From: Nitrospinaceae bacterium
Lineage (GTDB): Bacteria; Nitrospinota; Nitrospinia; Nitrospinales; Nitrospinaceae
Reading direction: 5' to 3'
Assembly (NCBI GenBank): GCA_965223665.1
Contig: OZ245011.1
Span: forward strand, 2,560,001 to 2,624,000
Length of the DNA stretch: 64,000 bases
This document shows, one piece after another, positions 48,927 through 61,700 of this stretch (positions are counted from its first letter, which is position 1; every line of letters begins with the position of its first letter). The position numbers and the translations under genes are program-made. The notes below the pieces were generated by a model, which made no database searches, was not told the DNA's origin, and saw only the letters and a program-made list of their open reading frames with translations.

Positions 48927-48975
48927 TTGTTCTGTTTTTCCTGAAAATCAGTATTTCGCTGGCAAGAAATAATTA

Positions 48976-50184
48976 TCAAGATTCAATTTTCACTTTAATT
49001 GACTCAACCCATTTGTCCAAGCGATTTCCTTTATTATTCCCACCAAGTTCATTAGAAATTAATATTTTCGCGATGTCACCTCCAGATATTAATAAAATTG
49101 GATGTCTATCCTCATGGATTTCTTTCTGAACCTGCTCATTAAAATAAGATGTAGTTAAGAAGATACCTAAATCTCTATGCTTTAATCGAGATATCAACCT
49201 CGACATCGGCTTTACCCCTATACCGGCTTTCCATTTCTTAACTTCTCCGATCACCTCCAGAAAAATTTCAGTTCCGGGTAACCCTAATTTAAAGAACCCT
49301 ACTATGTCCCTTCCACGGTCTTTAGAGCGAGGTGTTGTATCTAAATTCACAAAGTTATTGTTCAACATTTGCAGAATTTCTTTACAGGCAACTTCAAATT
49401 CATAGGGGGTTAAAAACGACAATGACTTCAAGACCTTTTTTTCTTGTTCTGTTTGAGGAAGTTGTTCGTTTTTTGTGCGTGGCAAAAATGTATTCTGGCA
49501 CTGGATAGTTTTATAGCTTCCCTTCTTGACCCAGTTTTTCCATGCTTTGGGACAATGAACCGAATAAGTGGGCAGAACTCCGGAAACCAAATCATCAAGC
49601 CAAGGCCAAGGAACAATTTCTTCGGCTAAAATACTGAAAACAGCTTTGTAGTTTTGAAATCTCTTTTTCTTAGCAACTCTCCAAACGGCTGTTAAATCTT
49701 CCAAACTTGAAAAACCTGTACCCCCTGGAGCAGCTAAGCCCAAAAATTTCATGCTGCTTAACTTCTTCTCTTTTAAATTTTCAAAACAGAGAAAAGGAGG
49801 AATATTTTTCTTTTTGCCTTCATGCATATCGTTGTAAACTGCTGCTAAAAGCTTATTTCCCCCTATATGGGTTTTGTGAATAGGATTACCAGGCTCTCTG
49901 TTATCACCCCAATACGTAAATATTCCTGTTGACAAATCAATTGAATCGGGCCATTCGTTTTCTTTAAAGTTTGTAATAAGCAATACAAAAGCTGCGTTCT
50001 GGATTCCAGTTGGTCCCTTAATTTTACTTTTGAAGCGAAACCCCCCTACATTTTGAATTCCCTTATTATCATCAAAAAACCTGAACATTTTGTTGAACTG
50101 GTCTTTTGGGTTTTTCCAATTATTTCTATCGTTTCTGAACTTGGCATCCAAAAACAGCGGCGGTCTATCAAATTTAGAGAGCAT
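48976..50184 (-). CDS. Modification-dependent restriction endonuclease, AspBHI/Mrr-like
   Basis: N-terminal GI.N.GGFR...WPD..D..TG.FTYWGDN (SRA-like); C-terminal FE...T.RS.D.G.D...E.K...RL.SRL.HR..G...TTSY...Q..EI.ED.HP. Confidence 0.85.
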   Translation of the reverse strand: MLSKFDRPPLFLDAKFRNDRNNWKNPKDQFNKMFRFFDDNKGIQNVGGFRFKSKIKGPTGIQNAAFVLLITNFKENEWPDSIDLSTGIFTYWGDNREPGNPIHKTHIGGNKLLAAVYNDMHEGKKKNIPPFLCFENLKEKKLSSMKFLGLAAPGGTGFSSLEDLTAVWRVAKKKRFQNYKAVFSILAEEIVPWPWLDDLVSGVLPTYSVHCPKAWKNWVKKGSYKTIQCQNTFLPRTKNEQLPQTEQEKKVLKSLSFLTPYEFEVACKEILQMLNNNFVNLDTTPRSKDRGRDIVGFFKLGLPGTEIFLEVIGEVKKWKAGIGVKPMSRLISRLKHRDLGIFLTTSYFNEQVQKEIHEDRHPILLISGGDIAKILISNELGGNNKGNRLDKWVESIKVKIES

Positions 50185-50348
50185 GTCTGTTTCTCATAAT
50201 TGTCTTCAAAATTCGCAACATAGGTTTTCAGATTTAGCGAACCTAACAAATATTGACATTTTCGGCAAGTTTAAATAAAGTCGAAGCACCTAACTAAGCG
50301 TAGCGGAATTCTTACCATAAAAGGACTATCCTTAAAATCTTTCTTATT

Positions 50349-50756
50349 TTGCAGGTAAACTTTACAAATATTCTCCACCAAACTTGCGTGGTTGTTGTCT
50401 CTAGTTTGAATCCATATATAAACAAAATTAATTTAAATAATTCAAACATTAGAGGTTTAAAATTACCGGCTGCCTACCTTCAAAATATCAACACGCAAGA
50501 AGTAAACCTTGAAGAAGCCGATCTAGAAAGGGCTGACTTAAGTAAAGCTAACTTGAAAGGAACTAATCTGAGTAACGCCGAACTGCTAGGGGCTGACCTT
50601 AGAGGAGCAAAGAATTTAACCTATCTACAACTAACAAAGGCCAAAATATATAAAAACACACAACTCCCCGATTATATCGATCCAAACCAATTGACCTTTG
50701 AGGATGAAAAGAAAGAACCCGAGGAAAACAAAAAACAAGAACCGAAGCCCTTTTAA
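50349..50756 (+). pseudogene. Pentapeptide-repeat protein, probably a 5'-truncated fragment
   Basis: ADLERADLSKANLKGTNLSNAELLGADLRGA; weak TTG start, no RBS seen. Confidence 0.5.
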
Positions 50757-50841
50757 ACCATAAACCGAAGTGATTGATCTTTAATTGTGTAAGCCAAAGC
50801 GATTTAATACTCAAAATTTTTTTAATCCCTTCCCAATTTTC

Positions 50842-51837
50842 TCACCTGATAATAAATTTCAAAGCCTTACCTGGAGGTTTGGGATAATGATAAATTCCCT
50901 TTTCACGATAGCTTCTGCTTTGAACCACATTTTTGAACTCGGAATAGAACTCATTTTTAGTCATTTGAAAAGTTCCCTCAGGACAAATTATTCTAAAACT
51001 TTCCTCGGCATTAAGAGATTCTATAACTTTTGCCAAAAAGCTGAGGCGGCTAAACTCATAAACCTTCAAAGATTTTTCTTTATTAGAAGTTTTATTTTTT
51101 GTTTTCACCTTGGATGAAGTCTTTATAAAGTCGAAAGATTTATTGTTAATGGTTCCGTTATTGCACAGTTGAAATATCTTCTGATAATTTTTTATGTGTC
51201 CATCCCCTTCCAAGCGTGCATTAGGCTGGTAAACCCAATTCGATTTTGATAATAATTCAGAAGAAAAAAATTGTGAAATTTCATTCCAAACGGTTTTACC
51301 AATTACTACAATTCGTTCAGGTTTTGACTTTTCAATAACATTTTTAACATAGCCATTCCATGAACAACAAAGCGCTTGTTTTACTTTTATAGGTCTAGGT
51401 TTTGAACCGCCAGGAATGTAAAGACCACAAATACTGGCATCCACTAACCAAATACCCCTTTCTTTCATTTGTTGAAGTATTTTAAGTTTATTATTAAAAT
51501 CCTTTATGAACTCAAAATCTTGATGAGATTCGATCCAATTTAGCGTGCTATAAAATATCCTCCAAAACTGACGAGTTTCTCTGTAATTTATACAATAAAC
51601 AAAACGCACAAAGTTTGAAGGATAATTGGGTAGAATTGAATCTAATTTATTTTTTCTTCGCGAATAATCTTCTGAAGTTGTATATACATGACTCTCAGCT
51701 AATAAAAGGGTTTTAACGACTTTTGGTTTCCAATACTGCCTATATTCTTCAACGGTTTTAATAACCTCTAAAGGTTCCTTGTAATCAGGCCCCAATATTT
51801 CCATAATTTTTATATAGCAATTCTCCAAATCACTCAT
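50842..51837 (-). CDS. Uracil-DNA glycosylase-like fold protein with extra C-terminal domain
   Basis: YWKP..VKTLLLAESH, GIWLVDAS, P..IVVIGK.V, QP.A. Confidence 0.55.
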   Translation of the reverse strand: MSDLENCYIKIMEILGPDYKEPLEVIKTVEEYRQYWKPKVVKTLLLAESHVYTTSEDYSRRKNKLDSILPNYPSNFVRFVYCINYRETRQFWRIFYSTLNWIESHQDFEFIKDFNNKLKILQQMKERGIWLVDASICGLYIPGGSKPRPIKVKQALCCSWNGYVKNVIEKSKPERIVVIGKTVWNEISQFFSSELLSKSNWVYQPNARLEGDGHIKNYQKIFQLCNNGTINNKSFDFIKTSSKVKTKNKTSNKEKSLKVYEFSRLSFLAKVIESLNAEESFRIICPEGTFQMTKNEFYSEFKNVVQSRSYREKGIYHYPKPPGKALKFIIR

Positions 51838-52170
51838 AAATATTAAAAATCTAAAAATAAAAATGGTTAGTTATAAAATCCAATGATTAAATTATCTCTA
51901 ATTCTTATACCATTTTATTGTTTAAGAGTTTAGAGGAAGAAATTGGCAGGATTAGCAAGATTAGCAGTCTAACATTTAAAGTTTTGTTATTTGGAATTGT
52001 GAAGGGAGAAAAAATCAAATTCTAGCAGGCAAATAAATTCCCACCACTCCCATTGGTTGGTTTCTTGACAAGCTTGAGGAAAATTGACTAACTTTTAATT
52101 CTCTTGCCTATTAGACGCCTATTAATAAAAATAGGGACTTCAGGAAAACCTTATAACTTATTGTTTTTAT

Positions 52171-52217
52171 TGATGAGCCGTCAAGAAATCGAACCCTCAA
52201 CCTACTGATTAAGAGTC
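52171..52217 (-). pseudogene. Degenerate 3' half of tRNA-Lys(CUU); relic att core
   Basis: Reverse complement GACTCTTAATCAGTAGGTTGAGGGTTCGATTTCTTGACGGCTCATCA: CTT anticodon loop, GGTTCGA T-loop, decayed CCA. Confidence 0.75.
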
Positions 52218-52329
52218 TTTGGCTTTTAGTTGCTTAAATGAAAACTACATTTATTTGATAAAAAAGTGATAATTTAAATTTTTTCCACGATACACAACAA
52301 AGCTACCCCTATTAACTTATTGATTTTAT

Positions 52330-52406
<77 letters not shown>

Positions 52407-52551
52407 AAAATGTTAGGATTTTCTTTGTGGGCATTTCGAAGGCAAGCTTCACGACTTTATCACTTTTTCAAAATACTATAACAGAAACTTTTGCGGTTTG
52501 GTGCATTTACTTTTCATCTCTCCCAATAGACTGAAGTTACCTAAACCGGAT

Positions 52552-53589
52552 TTATCTTTGAAACCTTTGCCCTGAAGGATGGTTGGATCCATGAATAAGG
52601 CTGTGGCAATTCAAGCAAGATTTTCCGCCAATATAAGAACTGCGGTTTCTTAATTGCTGCCCTTCATAAAGATCACTAACATGAAAAACATCCATATGAC
52701 ATTGTTGACAAAGATAAGGAACTTTTCCTTTTAAAAGCGGACGAAAATTTGATCCGTGAGGGTCATGACAGGTTGCACAGTTTTCCAAGGCTGGGGGATG
52801 TTGCCATAAAAACGGACCTCTCTTTTCCTGATGGCATATGAAACAGGTTTCGTTAATGGTGGATCGTTTCAACAGACTTGGACCAAAGCCTCCGTGAGGA
52901 TTATGGCAGGAACCACAATCCTGTTTGCCTTCTTTTAAGGGCATATGAGATGTTCGGAACATTTTTGCTCTTACATTTCTGTGACAAGAAAAGCAGCTTC
53001 GCTTTGGATCTTCCGTAATTAACAATTTTCGTTTTCCTCTTTTATTCATCACATAATGACAATTGTCACAACTGACCTCCATCATTTGATGAGAACTTCC
53101 TTTCCAAGACATCAATTTTGAGTTTTCGTGACATTGTAAACAGATTGCATTTTTTTTTATGGGCTCTATTGATGAAAAAGAAACTACAAATTTTGCTCCT
53201 GTTTTTTTTGTGACAGAAGGCAATCGTTTTTTAATAGAAGCTATTTCGTTTAAATGTTTACTCATCGGACCATGACAGGTTTCACAAATGGTAGCTAAAT
53301 TTTTCCCATATTTTCTAACCAGCCATTTGGCGTGCTTGGTTCGTCCAAACGCCTTAATATAATCTTTGTGACATAACAAACATTCAGTCTGGTCATTTGA
53401 ATCGCTTTTTTGAGGAATAGGAGCAACCCCTTTGAGGTTGGGATTAATTTTTTCCCAATTTATTGTTTTTTCGGCATGAAGCGGTGATGAAATCGTAACA
53501 TTTAGGGCAACTAATATAAAAAAAGTATGCGTAAAAATTTTCAAATTAATTTCCTTAAAGTAAGGTAGGAGAAAAAAGTTTTTACCCAA
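52552..53589 (-). CDS. Decaheme c-type cytochrome, MtrA/DmsE/PioA family
   Basis: Ten CxxCH motifs; EKRGPFLW.H.P; C-terminal IHGSNHPSG..F.R. Confidence 0.95.
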   Translation of the reverse strand: MGKNFFLLPYFKEINLKIFTHTFFILVALNVTISSPLHAEKTINWEKINPNLKGVAPIPQKSDSNDQTECLLCHKDYIKAFGRTKHAKWLVRKYGKNLATICETCHGPMSKHLNEIASIKKRLPSVTKKTGAKFVVSFSSIEPIKKNAICLQCHENSKLMSWKGSSHQMMEVSCDNCHYVMNKRGKRKLLITEDPKRSCFSCHRNVRAKMFRTSHMPLKEGKQDCGSCHNPHGGFGPSLLKRSTINETCFICHQEKRGPFLWQHPPALENCATCHDPHGSNFRPLLKGKVPYLCQQCHMDVFHVSDLYEGQQLRNRSSYIGGKSCLNCHSLIHGSNHPSGQRFQR

Positions 53590-53604
53590 AGTTTATTTTA
53601 AGTA

Positions 53605-54024
53605 TTAATTTTTTACTTTTATTAATACTTTATCCATTATTGGCGGATTATAAGGAACATGGTTTCCATATGAAAAAAGTGCAATTATTACGTGATTTCC
53701 AGGTTCCATTTTTAATTTTACACAGGTTTGTGCTTTAGATAAATGAATGGCCTCCTTACGCTTTAAAGGTTTACTTAAATCTGCAGGCAAGGAACTAAAT
53801 AATATATGATGATGGCCAAATCCTTCTCTTGTTCCATTATCTGCTGGTTCAAGAATTAATCCTTTCACCCCCATACAAAGTTTAAAAGGGTTAGTCACTT
53901 CTGCCCCACTTTCAGGCAGAGTGATAATGACTTGCCTTTCCCCAGCCCGTCCTAGACCTAAAAAAAGAAAGAAATAAAGTGGCCATATAAAATAATTTAT
54001 TTTCAAAAAAAATTTAAAAGACAT
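53605..54024 (-). CDS. DUF4399-like exported protein
   Basis: GHHHI...IH...QT...L...PG.H.I......H.PY.PP. Confidence 0.75.
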   Translation of the reverse strand: MSFKFFLKINYFIWPLYFFLFLGLGRAGERQVIITLPESGAEVTNPFKLCMGVKGLILEPADNGTREGFGHHHILFSSLPADLSKPLKRKEAIHLSKAQTCVKLKMEPGNHVIIALFSYGNHVPYNPPIMDKVLIKVKN

Positions 54025-54046
54025 TTCATCAATTTTAAATCAAAAA

Positions 54047-56032
54047 TTAAGTATACTTTTTTGAATTTACAAAACCATTAATAATCTCAAGAAAATTAGC
54101 AATTTCTATAGGCTTAGTGATATAAGCTTCAAAACCGGCGCTCATGGCTTTTTTTATATCGCTTTCCATAGCATCGGCACTAATGGCAATGACTGGTATG
54201 TGTTTAGTCTTCTCAATTGATCTTAATATCTTTAATGCTTCAATTCCATCTAGTTCCGGAAGGTTAATGTCCATTAAAATCAAATCAGGTTGATGAGTTT
54301 TGGCCAATTCAATTCCTAATTTTGCCTGAGGAGCAGAAAGCAAGTTTATTGATTCGTGAACTGATAAAATATCTTCAACCAAACTTAAATTGAGGGGATT
54401 ATCCTCAACATATAAAATTTGAAAATGGTCTGCAGAAGTAAAATGTTCTTTTTCCTCTTTCTTAAAATCGGGTTCCTTATCAAGTAAAAAATCACCTTTC
54501 ACAAGATTCAGTTCAATGAAAAACGTGGTACCTTTATCCTGATCACTTTGAAAGAATATTTCACCTTCCATTAAGTTCACTAATCTTCTTGAGATCGCTA
54601 GACCAATTCCCGTCCCATCAATCTCAGTATTTTCCCAATCCAACCTCTCAAAAGGTTGAAAAATTCTTGACTGCTGCTCAGGAGAAATTCCTATTCCAGT
54701 ATCCTCCATTTTAATACAAACCTTATTGGCACCCTTTTTTTCATAAGAAATTCTCACCAATCCATTTTCAGTATTGTATTTTATCGCATTTGTAATCAAA
54801 TTAAGTAATACTTGGCGGAGCCTCAGCTTATCGGCAAGAATAATGACGGGTGCATTTCCTTTACAATTATCAATAATCCTAACGGAATGCTCTTGGGCCA
54901 TAGGCTGGAGAAGTCCAATTAATTCATCTTTTAAATCAATAAAATTTACCTGCTCTAATAGCAAACCAATTTTTCCTGATTCAATTGAAGACAAATCTAA
55001 TATTTCGTTAATTAAAGCTAATAGATGATTCCCAGCAATTCGAATTTGTTTTAAGTTTTGCTCAAAATTGGCGATTTTATTCTTTTGAACTTGCATTTCC
55101 ATTAATTGACTAAAACCCAAAATTGCATTCATGGGGGTTCTCAGTTCGTGACTCATTCTGGATAAAAATTCACTTTTTGCCTGGTTCGCTTTTACAGCTT
55201 CCTCTTTCGCATATTCTAAATCCTGAGTTCTTTCTTTAACACGATTTTCTAGTTCTAAATTTAGATTAGTCATTGCCAAATTTTGTTTTTGTATTTGTGT
55301 AAGCATTTGGTTATAGCGATCGATCAAAACTCCTAATTCATCTTCACTTTGCTTTTGTGCCCGGAGCCTATAATCTCGTTTTAAAGCAACATGATTTGAG
55401 ACATCTGCCAAGTGTCTTATAGGTCTGGAAATATGATTGGAAAGAAAAATGGCAAGAAAAATTCCAATTAATAAAACCACAGATGCAAAAACAATGGATT
55501 CAGTTTGGTTCAACAAAATTTCACGATTTAACGACTCTAATGATAACCCTATAATCACCTTTCCTTTATGAATAGATTCTTGTTGAATTTGATCAAATGC
55601 TTCAATGTCCTGTGACAAAAAAAGTACCTCATCAATTAAAAAGGAACCTGTTTTTTGTAATAATATTTTTTGATCCCATTTACTTTCTTTTTTGGGGTCC
55701 AGGGTGGCAACAACCTCACTTTTTGAATCGTATATAGAAAGAAAAACCAATCGTTCATCCTGTTTCAACCAGTTGATGGTGTTTCTAATATATTCAAAAT
55801 CAAAATTCTTGAATCCAAATGCTGTAGTTTCGGAAACCACTTTTGCCATATTTTTAATTTCACTTTGGGCTGACTTTAATGCAAAGTTTTTATTCTCATT
55901 AACGGAGAACATTATGATTACAACTGAAACCACTGAAAGCACCAGCACAAAGCTTACTAGAATTTTTGTACGAATTGGGAGTTTTGAAAAAATGTTCTTC
56001 ATTTGAAAATTCAAAGCTTTATTAATCTCCAA
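54047..56032 (-). CDS. Membrane hybrid histidine kinase (HAMP-HisKA-HATPase-REC)
   Basis: Two TM segments, [41 protein letters not shown]. Confidence 0.93.
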   Translation of the reverse strand: MEINKALNFQMKNIFSKLPIRTKILVSFVLVLSVVSVVIIMFSVNENKNFALKSAQSEIKNMAKVVSETTAFGFKNFDFEYIRNTINWLKQDERLVFLSIYDSKSEVVATLDPKKESKWDQKILLQKTGSFLIDEVLFLSQDIEAFDQIQQESIHKGKVIIGLSLESLNREILLNQTESIVFASVVLLIGIFLAIFLSNHISRPIRHLADVSNHVALKRDYRLRAQKQSEDELGVLIDRYNQMLTQIQKQNLAMTNLNLELENRVKERTQDLEYAKEEAVKANQAKSEFLSRMSHELRTPMNAILGFSQLMEMQVQKNKIANFEQNLKQIRIAGNHLLALINEILDLSSIESGKIGLLLEQVNFIDLKDELIGLLQPMAQEHSVRIIDNCKGNAPVIILADKLRLRQVLLNLITNAIKYNTENGLVRISYEKKGANKVCIKMEDTGIGISPEQQSRIFQPFERLDWENTEIDGTGIGLAISRRLVNLMEGEIFFQSDQDKGTTFFIELNLVKGDFLLDKEPDFKKEEKEHFTSADHFQILYVEDNPLNLSLVEDILSVHESINLLSAPQAKLGIELAKTHQPDLILMDINLPELDGIEALKILRSIEKTKHIPVIAISADAMESDIKKAMSAGFEAYITKPIEIANFLEIINGFVNSKKYT

Positions 56033-58337
56033 TCCTATAAATAAAATACAACATAGCTAAATGTGCCTCATAATCTTGAATCGCTCGACTCAACAATAAG
56101 ACTCTTCCACCTGCTGGGGAACCTAGAAGAATATCAAGGGGTTCAAATTGGTTTAAAGCAAAATCATTATTCTCAAAGTTCTCATATAAATAGGATAAAC
56201 CCACTAAAAACTTCTTAGTAATTTTATATTCACTTTTAGTGGTAAAACTATGCAAAGTCGTTTTTAAATTGGGCAAACCTTGTGGGCTTGATAAAGCAGA
56301 CCCTGCAATAAAATTAAAACCTGAATTACTACTTGTAAAGGTATATTCTAAATCCCAAGTCAATCTATTTTTTAAAAATGAAAAATGTGCTCCGCTTCCT
56401 GCTGTATAAGACTTATCATTAGTCTCTAATTGCCAATTGAAATTTGGATTGGATCTTGACCCTGGAATCCCAAAGTTATGAGCTCTCCCCATTTGTTCTT
56501 TTTTCCAATTGTTAAAGGTGAAAAACGCAAAAAATGAACCTTGCTCCTGGAAAGCGTAATTCACATCTATTGTTATTGCTTGATTTAAAGCGTCTCTTAA
56601 TCCTAAAACACCATCAGTAAAGTTATCTATATGCAATTGGTAATTCAAACCAAATACTAGAAACTCTGTGGCCATTAAGGATAAGTTCCAACCAAATTTA
56701 TAACGATCTCGGTCAGCAATATCAAACCTTCTAAGGTCTGGAAGTTTTGCAAGCAATACCGCAGTTGGAGAAGTTAAAAATGCAGAAGTATGCCGACTAT
56801 TAGTTACCTGGGTGGCATCATATGCACTACCCGATTTCGTTGAAAATGATAAGCTAAGGTTGGTGGTAATATGAGATAAATAATTTGAAAACATGCTAAT
56901 TTTAAAAATATTTTCAATGGTATCTTCCACAGCGCGAAAACTTCGATCGTATATCTCTAACTCATAACCTAATTTCAGGCTGGTTGCGCGAAATAGTTTA
57001 TAAGTACCTTCCAGTTGAATTTGGTCTTGAATATATTCATAGGGAAGATTAAAAAGTGCGGCATCGTCTGCAGGTAGCACTTGGGCACCGGTATCATTGA
57101 TCACGGGCATAAATAATGTTTTAGGAGTTTTATTGATTGTCTGGTAATGCCGAAATTTTGCTTTTAAGTTTATTTTCGAATTTAACCTAGAATTGGCTTG
57201 AAGAGTAAAATGCAGGATATGCATTTTTGCTTCCGCAGTATTTCTGGGTAGCAAATTGGTATTTGTGGTTAAAGAATAAGGCAATAATTCTTCATCCTGA
57301 TACGAAAAACTATATTCGGCTGTCGCAGAAATTCGAGTTGTAGGTGAAAGGTTGACTCCCCCAGTAAAACTCAATCTATGAAATTGATGATCCGGCTCTC
57401 TAGAAACACGTCCTTGAAATGGCAAAGCACCTACCGTAAAGGGAGAGACACGGTCAAAAAAACCTACCGTGCCCGCATAAGGGCTCTCGAATAATACGGA
57501 TTCTTTACGATTGTCATTTAATGACAAAAGATAATCTACTTGCAATTGAACTTTTTTCCCAGAATAAGCAAATGAAGCAAGCATTTCGTTGGTAACTTGA
57601 TCAACGGGTACAGGAAGAATCGTGGAATGAGGATTTGCAGGATGATTACCTACCACCCCACCTAAAGATTGAATTCCATCTTTGTTGATCCGTTTATATT
57701 CTACTGTCCAAGATTTTTTCCCAAAGATTTTTGAAAAACCAAACCTGGTTGTATTTCTGTCATCTATTTGTAAATCTAAATTATTTGAATTAGAAATTAC
57801 ATTAGGAACCGCTGGGACAGTAATCGTTGCCGGAGTTATGGTTAACTTAGCTAAGGCAGGGTTAATTGAAAGTTGCGCACTTCCTCCCCCGGTAAATGGA
57901 GTCAAGTTTTGACTAAATAATAAATGAGGGTTTTGATCATACTCAGCATATATTGTGTAATTACTGGTTTGACCTGCTTCTAAAAACAAATTTCTATTAT
58001 CCAACCCTAAATTATCCACCCAAAAATTTAAATAATAGGTCTGATAAATATAACTTAGTTCTGCTTCACCAATTGGATACCCTCCATTGTCATCAATACC
58101 CGTATATTCCCCAAACTTAAACGTTTCTCGACTCAGGGTCGCTGAGCCAGCACCAAGTTTCACATTTCCTGATAGTCCCTCATTTACAAGACCTTCTTTG
58201 CCTTGTGGAGATTTAATCTCGTTACCAACAATTTCATATACTTCTTCTTCCAGTTTTTCCTCAGAAAACGAAACCTTCGTTAGGCTAAACCCAAAAAAGT
58301 GACTAAAAATAAAAAGAATAAAAAGTTTTTTAAACAT
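56022..58337 (-). CDS. MtrB/PioB family outer-membrane beta-barrel
   Basis: Signal; KFGEYTG; LP.PVDQ.T; PD.QFH; LRRFD.ADR.R; YLYE.F...DFA; in an operon with the decaheme gene. Confidence 0.88.
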   Translation of the reverse strand: MFKKLFILFIFSHFFGFSLTKVSFSEEKLEEEVYEIVGNEIKSPQGKEGLVNEGLSGNVKLGAGSATLSRETFKFGEYTGIDDNGGYPIGEAELSYIYQTYYLNFWVDNLGLDNRNLFLEAGQTSNYTIYAEYDQNPHLLFSQNLTPFTGGGSAQLSINPALAKLTITPATITVPAVPNVISNSNNLDLQIDDRNTTRFGFSKIFGKKSWTVEYKRINKDGIQSLGGVVGNHPANPHSTILPVPVDQVTNEMLASFAYSGKKVQLQVDYLLSLNDNRKESVLFESPYAGTVGFFDRVSPFTVGALPFQGRVSREPDHQFHRLSFTGGVNLSPTTRISATAEYSFSYQDEELLPYSLTTNTNLLPRNTAEAKMHILHFTLQANSRLNSKINLKAKFRHYQTINKTPKTLFMPVINDTGAQVLPADDAALFNLPYEYIQDQIQLEGTYKLFRATSLKLGYELEIYDRSFRAVEDTIENIFKISMFSNYLSHITTNLSLSFSTKSGSAYDATQVTNSRHTSAFLTSPTAVLLAKLPDLRRFDIADRDRYKFGWNLSLMATEFLVFGLNYQLHIDNFTDGVLGLRDALNQAITIDVNYAFQEQGSFFAFFTFNNWKKEQMGRAHNFGIPGSRSNPNFNWQLETNDKSYTAGSGAHFSFLKNRLTWDLEYTFTSSNSGFNFIAGSALSSPQGLPNLKTTLHSFTTKSEYKITKKFLVGLSYLYENFENNDFALNQFEPLDILLGSPAGGRVLLLSRAIQDYEAHLAMLYFIYRIGD

Positions 58338-58747
58338 TTAGGGGAGCGCTAAAAAATTAATCACTCATGTAGACAAGTTATTAAAAAATGCGTAGTTACA
58401 ACAGAAACCATTGAAATATAATTTAATTTGTGGTTTTAGAAAATAGAAAAAAGGAGCATTAATAAGAAGAATGTACTATCGGAATCTACAAGATCAAAAA
58501 AAGGAAAAAACTTAACTTTATAATCAAAGACAATCTCCATAAAATCAACCAAAAAAAGGTATCTTAATCTAAAACCCAATTCTTAATTTTTAGAGTAAGG
58601 CATTTTAAAGAGTTGAGTAATATTTAAATAGCTTTTTAATCAAATAAAATGCCTTTAGAATCAACAATTTATCCGATTTCCGATTTAATGAACCTGGATA
58701 GAAACGAACCAAAAATACAGTTTTTTATTGAAGTAATTTTGCGAACT

Positions 58748-61700
58748 TTAGGAATTTTTCTGTCTAAAAATATAATGTCTGTTAGCTAAAAGGGGGTGGG
58801 AAAACTTGGTGAACTCACCATTAGACCAATGAATTTCTACTTCCTTAATAGATTCATAAGCTCCTAAGCCAAAATGAACCCGTGATCCATCAAAGGAACG
58901 GAATCCTCCACTGGCTTTTACCTCGCGAAATTGATGCCGTTTCCAATCGGGTCCGTAACGAATAATTATTCGACACCCAATGCAAAATCGATTACCGGTT
59001 TCTTGTTTTAAATCAAAGGTAATGCTATTTCCTTTGCTTTCATTATTTCTATAGAATTTGAATGGGCCATAGAGAGTATTTGCAATAATATCTAAATCCC
59101 CATCATTATCGAAATCTAAATATGTATAAGAGGAACTATGGTCCAAATCTTCTAAACCAAATTCTTTTTGAGAGGGCTTAAATCCTTTTCCTTTTTGATT
59201 ATGAAAAAAGTTGTTTGAAGCAAATTCTTGGGTTATTAATACTCCATTTACAACATACAAATCCTGCCATTCATCATTATCTAAATCAGCAAACTTAGCA
59301 TTCCAACTCCATTCAGCAGTTTGGGCATTCGTATTTTCAGAAATATCTTCCCAAACATTGTTCCCTTTCCCTTTTAAAAGAATATTTGTCAGCGAACGAA
59401 AAGGAATTTCTTCCTTTCTATCAAACTCCAAAAATTTTGCTTCAAAATACATCTTACAAAGCGTTTGGCTCAATGGATGACTTTTACTTAATTTTTCGCA
59501 TAAATTAGGCTTATCTTTCTTTATAGCCAGTAAAGCCATACGGGTAGCCATACAATTCCCGACTTTTTCACGAGTTCCCAATTGATCACATCTTTCGGAA
59601 GTGTCTTGCCTTTCTGGATTAAGTAAAGTCACTAACTTTATAAGGTCGTGACACATATTCGATTCAATTGCACTTACCCCAGGCTTGCAAAAATTTCTAC
59701 CCACTTCCTTCATTCCTTGACCAAAAATATTAGATACGACATCAATTCCTCTGCTAAAACCAATATTAGCCAAATAAATATCAGGGATTAAATCATTATC
59801 AATATCACCGGTATCCATGCTCATGGTGTTCTCAGTGGTGATAGGTATAATATTTTCCTGTTTTAAAATTTTCTGAAAATTCCCTTCTCCTTGGCCCCAA
59901 TAATAAGTATCTGCCACACGATAATCATTTCCAATCAATAAGTCTAATTTCGAATCAAGATTAATATCAGAAAGAAGTGAGGTTTGCGTTTGGCCTGGAA
60001 TGCCTGGCAAGTTTTTTAATTCAAATTGAAGTTGCTTATTCAAGACTAATTGATTTTGAGATTGCTCAAGAGGAGTTCTTGTTAGAACTCCTAAAAAATA
60101 GTTGCCATTTACTATATCTAAATAGCCATCCCCATCTATATCGCCAAAAGAAACTGAATTGGTAATCAGCGCAGATTTATTCGGAACAATTAATCTTTTA
60201 GGAAAAGGTTCCCGATCTGAAGATTGAATCCATAAAAAATTTCCATTATTAAAGGTCGTTGAGAATATATCCAAAACTCCATCATTGTTCATATCCACCA
60301 AGGCTACATTCATTGCTTCATTTCCTGAAAAAGTTCCTGAAAAAGTGTCTAACTTTTGGAATTTCTGTCCATTAATATTTTGGTATATTTCAATTCCTTT
60401 ATCCGTTGCAATGGCGATATCGACCCAGCCATCTCCCGTGAAATCTCCAGAAGCAATCCCTCGTCCAAAAAAGAATGGGTCAAAAAAATTAACTGAAGAT
60501 AACTTGTTAAAGTATTCAATTCCTAACTCCAGACCAAGTATTCTAGTGAAGGGTAATTCCGATGCACTAAAACTCCTTTTATTATGTGCAAAATATTCTA
60601 TTGACAAATCATTTGCGTCATACAACAGTTTTGGTTTTACCGGGGTGGTTGAAAAGAAATTTATAACTGTAGGGTTCGGGTAAGAAGTTTCTTCCTTTTC
60701 AAAATCAGTAGAATGTAATTCATTGTCTGAATGCTTCACAAAAGTTTCATAGCTCTCCAACCATCGAACGAATTGATAATCAGAGTAAGCATTAGCCACA
60801 TATCCTAAACCCATTCCAAAAAAAGCAACTATAAGGTAAAGCTGTATTGCAATTTTTAAGGAGAATGTTCTATAGACTACCAACGCTGAATAAATGCTAA
60901 AAGTTCCTAAGGTAAATAATAAAGTCATAATGAAACCTTCAGCAAGACCTGAAACTTTTAATGCTTGAGCAAGCATAATGTCAAAAGCAATAGGTAAGGG
61001 TAAAAAAGTTCCAAGGAAAGAAATAAAACCCAATGTTTTCCAGGTTACGGGCATCCCAATAAATTTTTCAAAGCTCCAAACATGACTGGCTAGTGCTCCC
61101 AGAAATCCAGCCAGAAGCATGAAGGGGACAGTTCTAATTACTATGTATTTAAAGTTTTGAAAATAATCTTTACACGATCCAATTACAGATTCTACCCAAG
61201 ATTCCTTACCGGGTAAAATATCGCATTGAATTGCAGAAGGAGTTTTCTCTAATACTTCCTTTTTGGTTTTTAAATCAGCTTTTGATATTAAAGGGACTAT
61301 CAATAAAACCAAAACTAAGGTTGAACCCACTTTTAACAAAGCCATATAAAAAGGAAAGATGGTAAACACCATAGTAAGAATAACAATATTGAGTGTGGGG
61401 GAACTAAACATTACAGCTAATGCTGTTTCCATTTTACTTCCAGCTTCGTAAATTCCCTTTGCAATGGGGGCAACACAATTTACACAAACTCCTAAGGGAG
61501 TTCCGACTAACATTCCCATCAAACTATTTTTTAACCGGTGCTCTGAAGATTTTTGGGGCAAATAACTTAAAAGAGTCAAAAATCCTCCGGCCAAAACTAA
61601 ACCAAAGGCCATTCCTCTCCAATTACTTTCATACCAATTTAATGTGGAAATGAAAACTCTTTCATAAGAAGAAGCATTTTCACTGGGCTGGAAATGAGGC

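Noticed and set aside
50215-50310. Possible integron attC/attI (two GTTAGGT on the minus strand upstream of the nuclease)
   Set aside because: No convincing paired R''/R' boxes or cassette array, and no integron integrase in the window.
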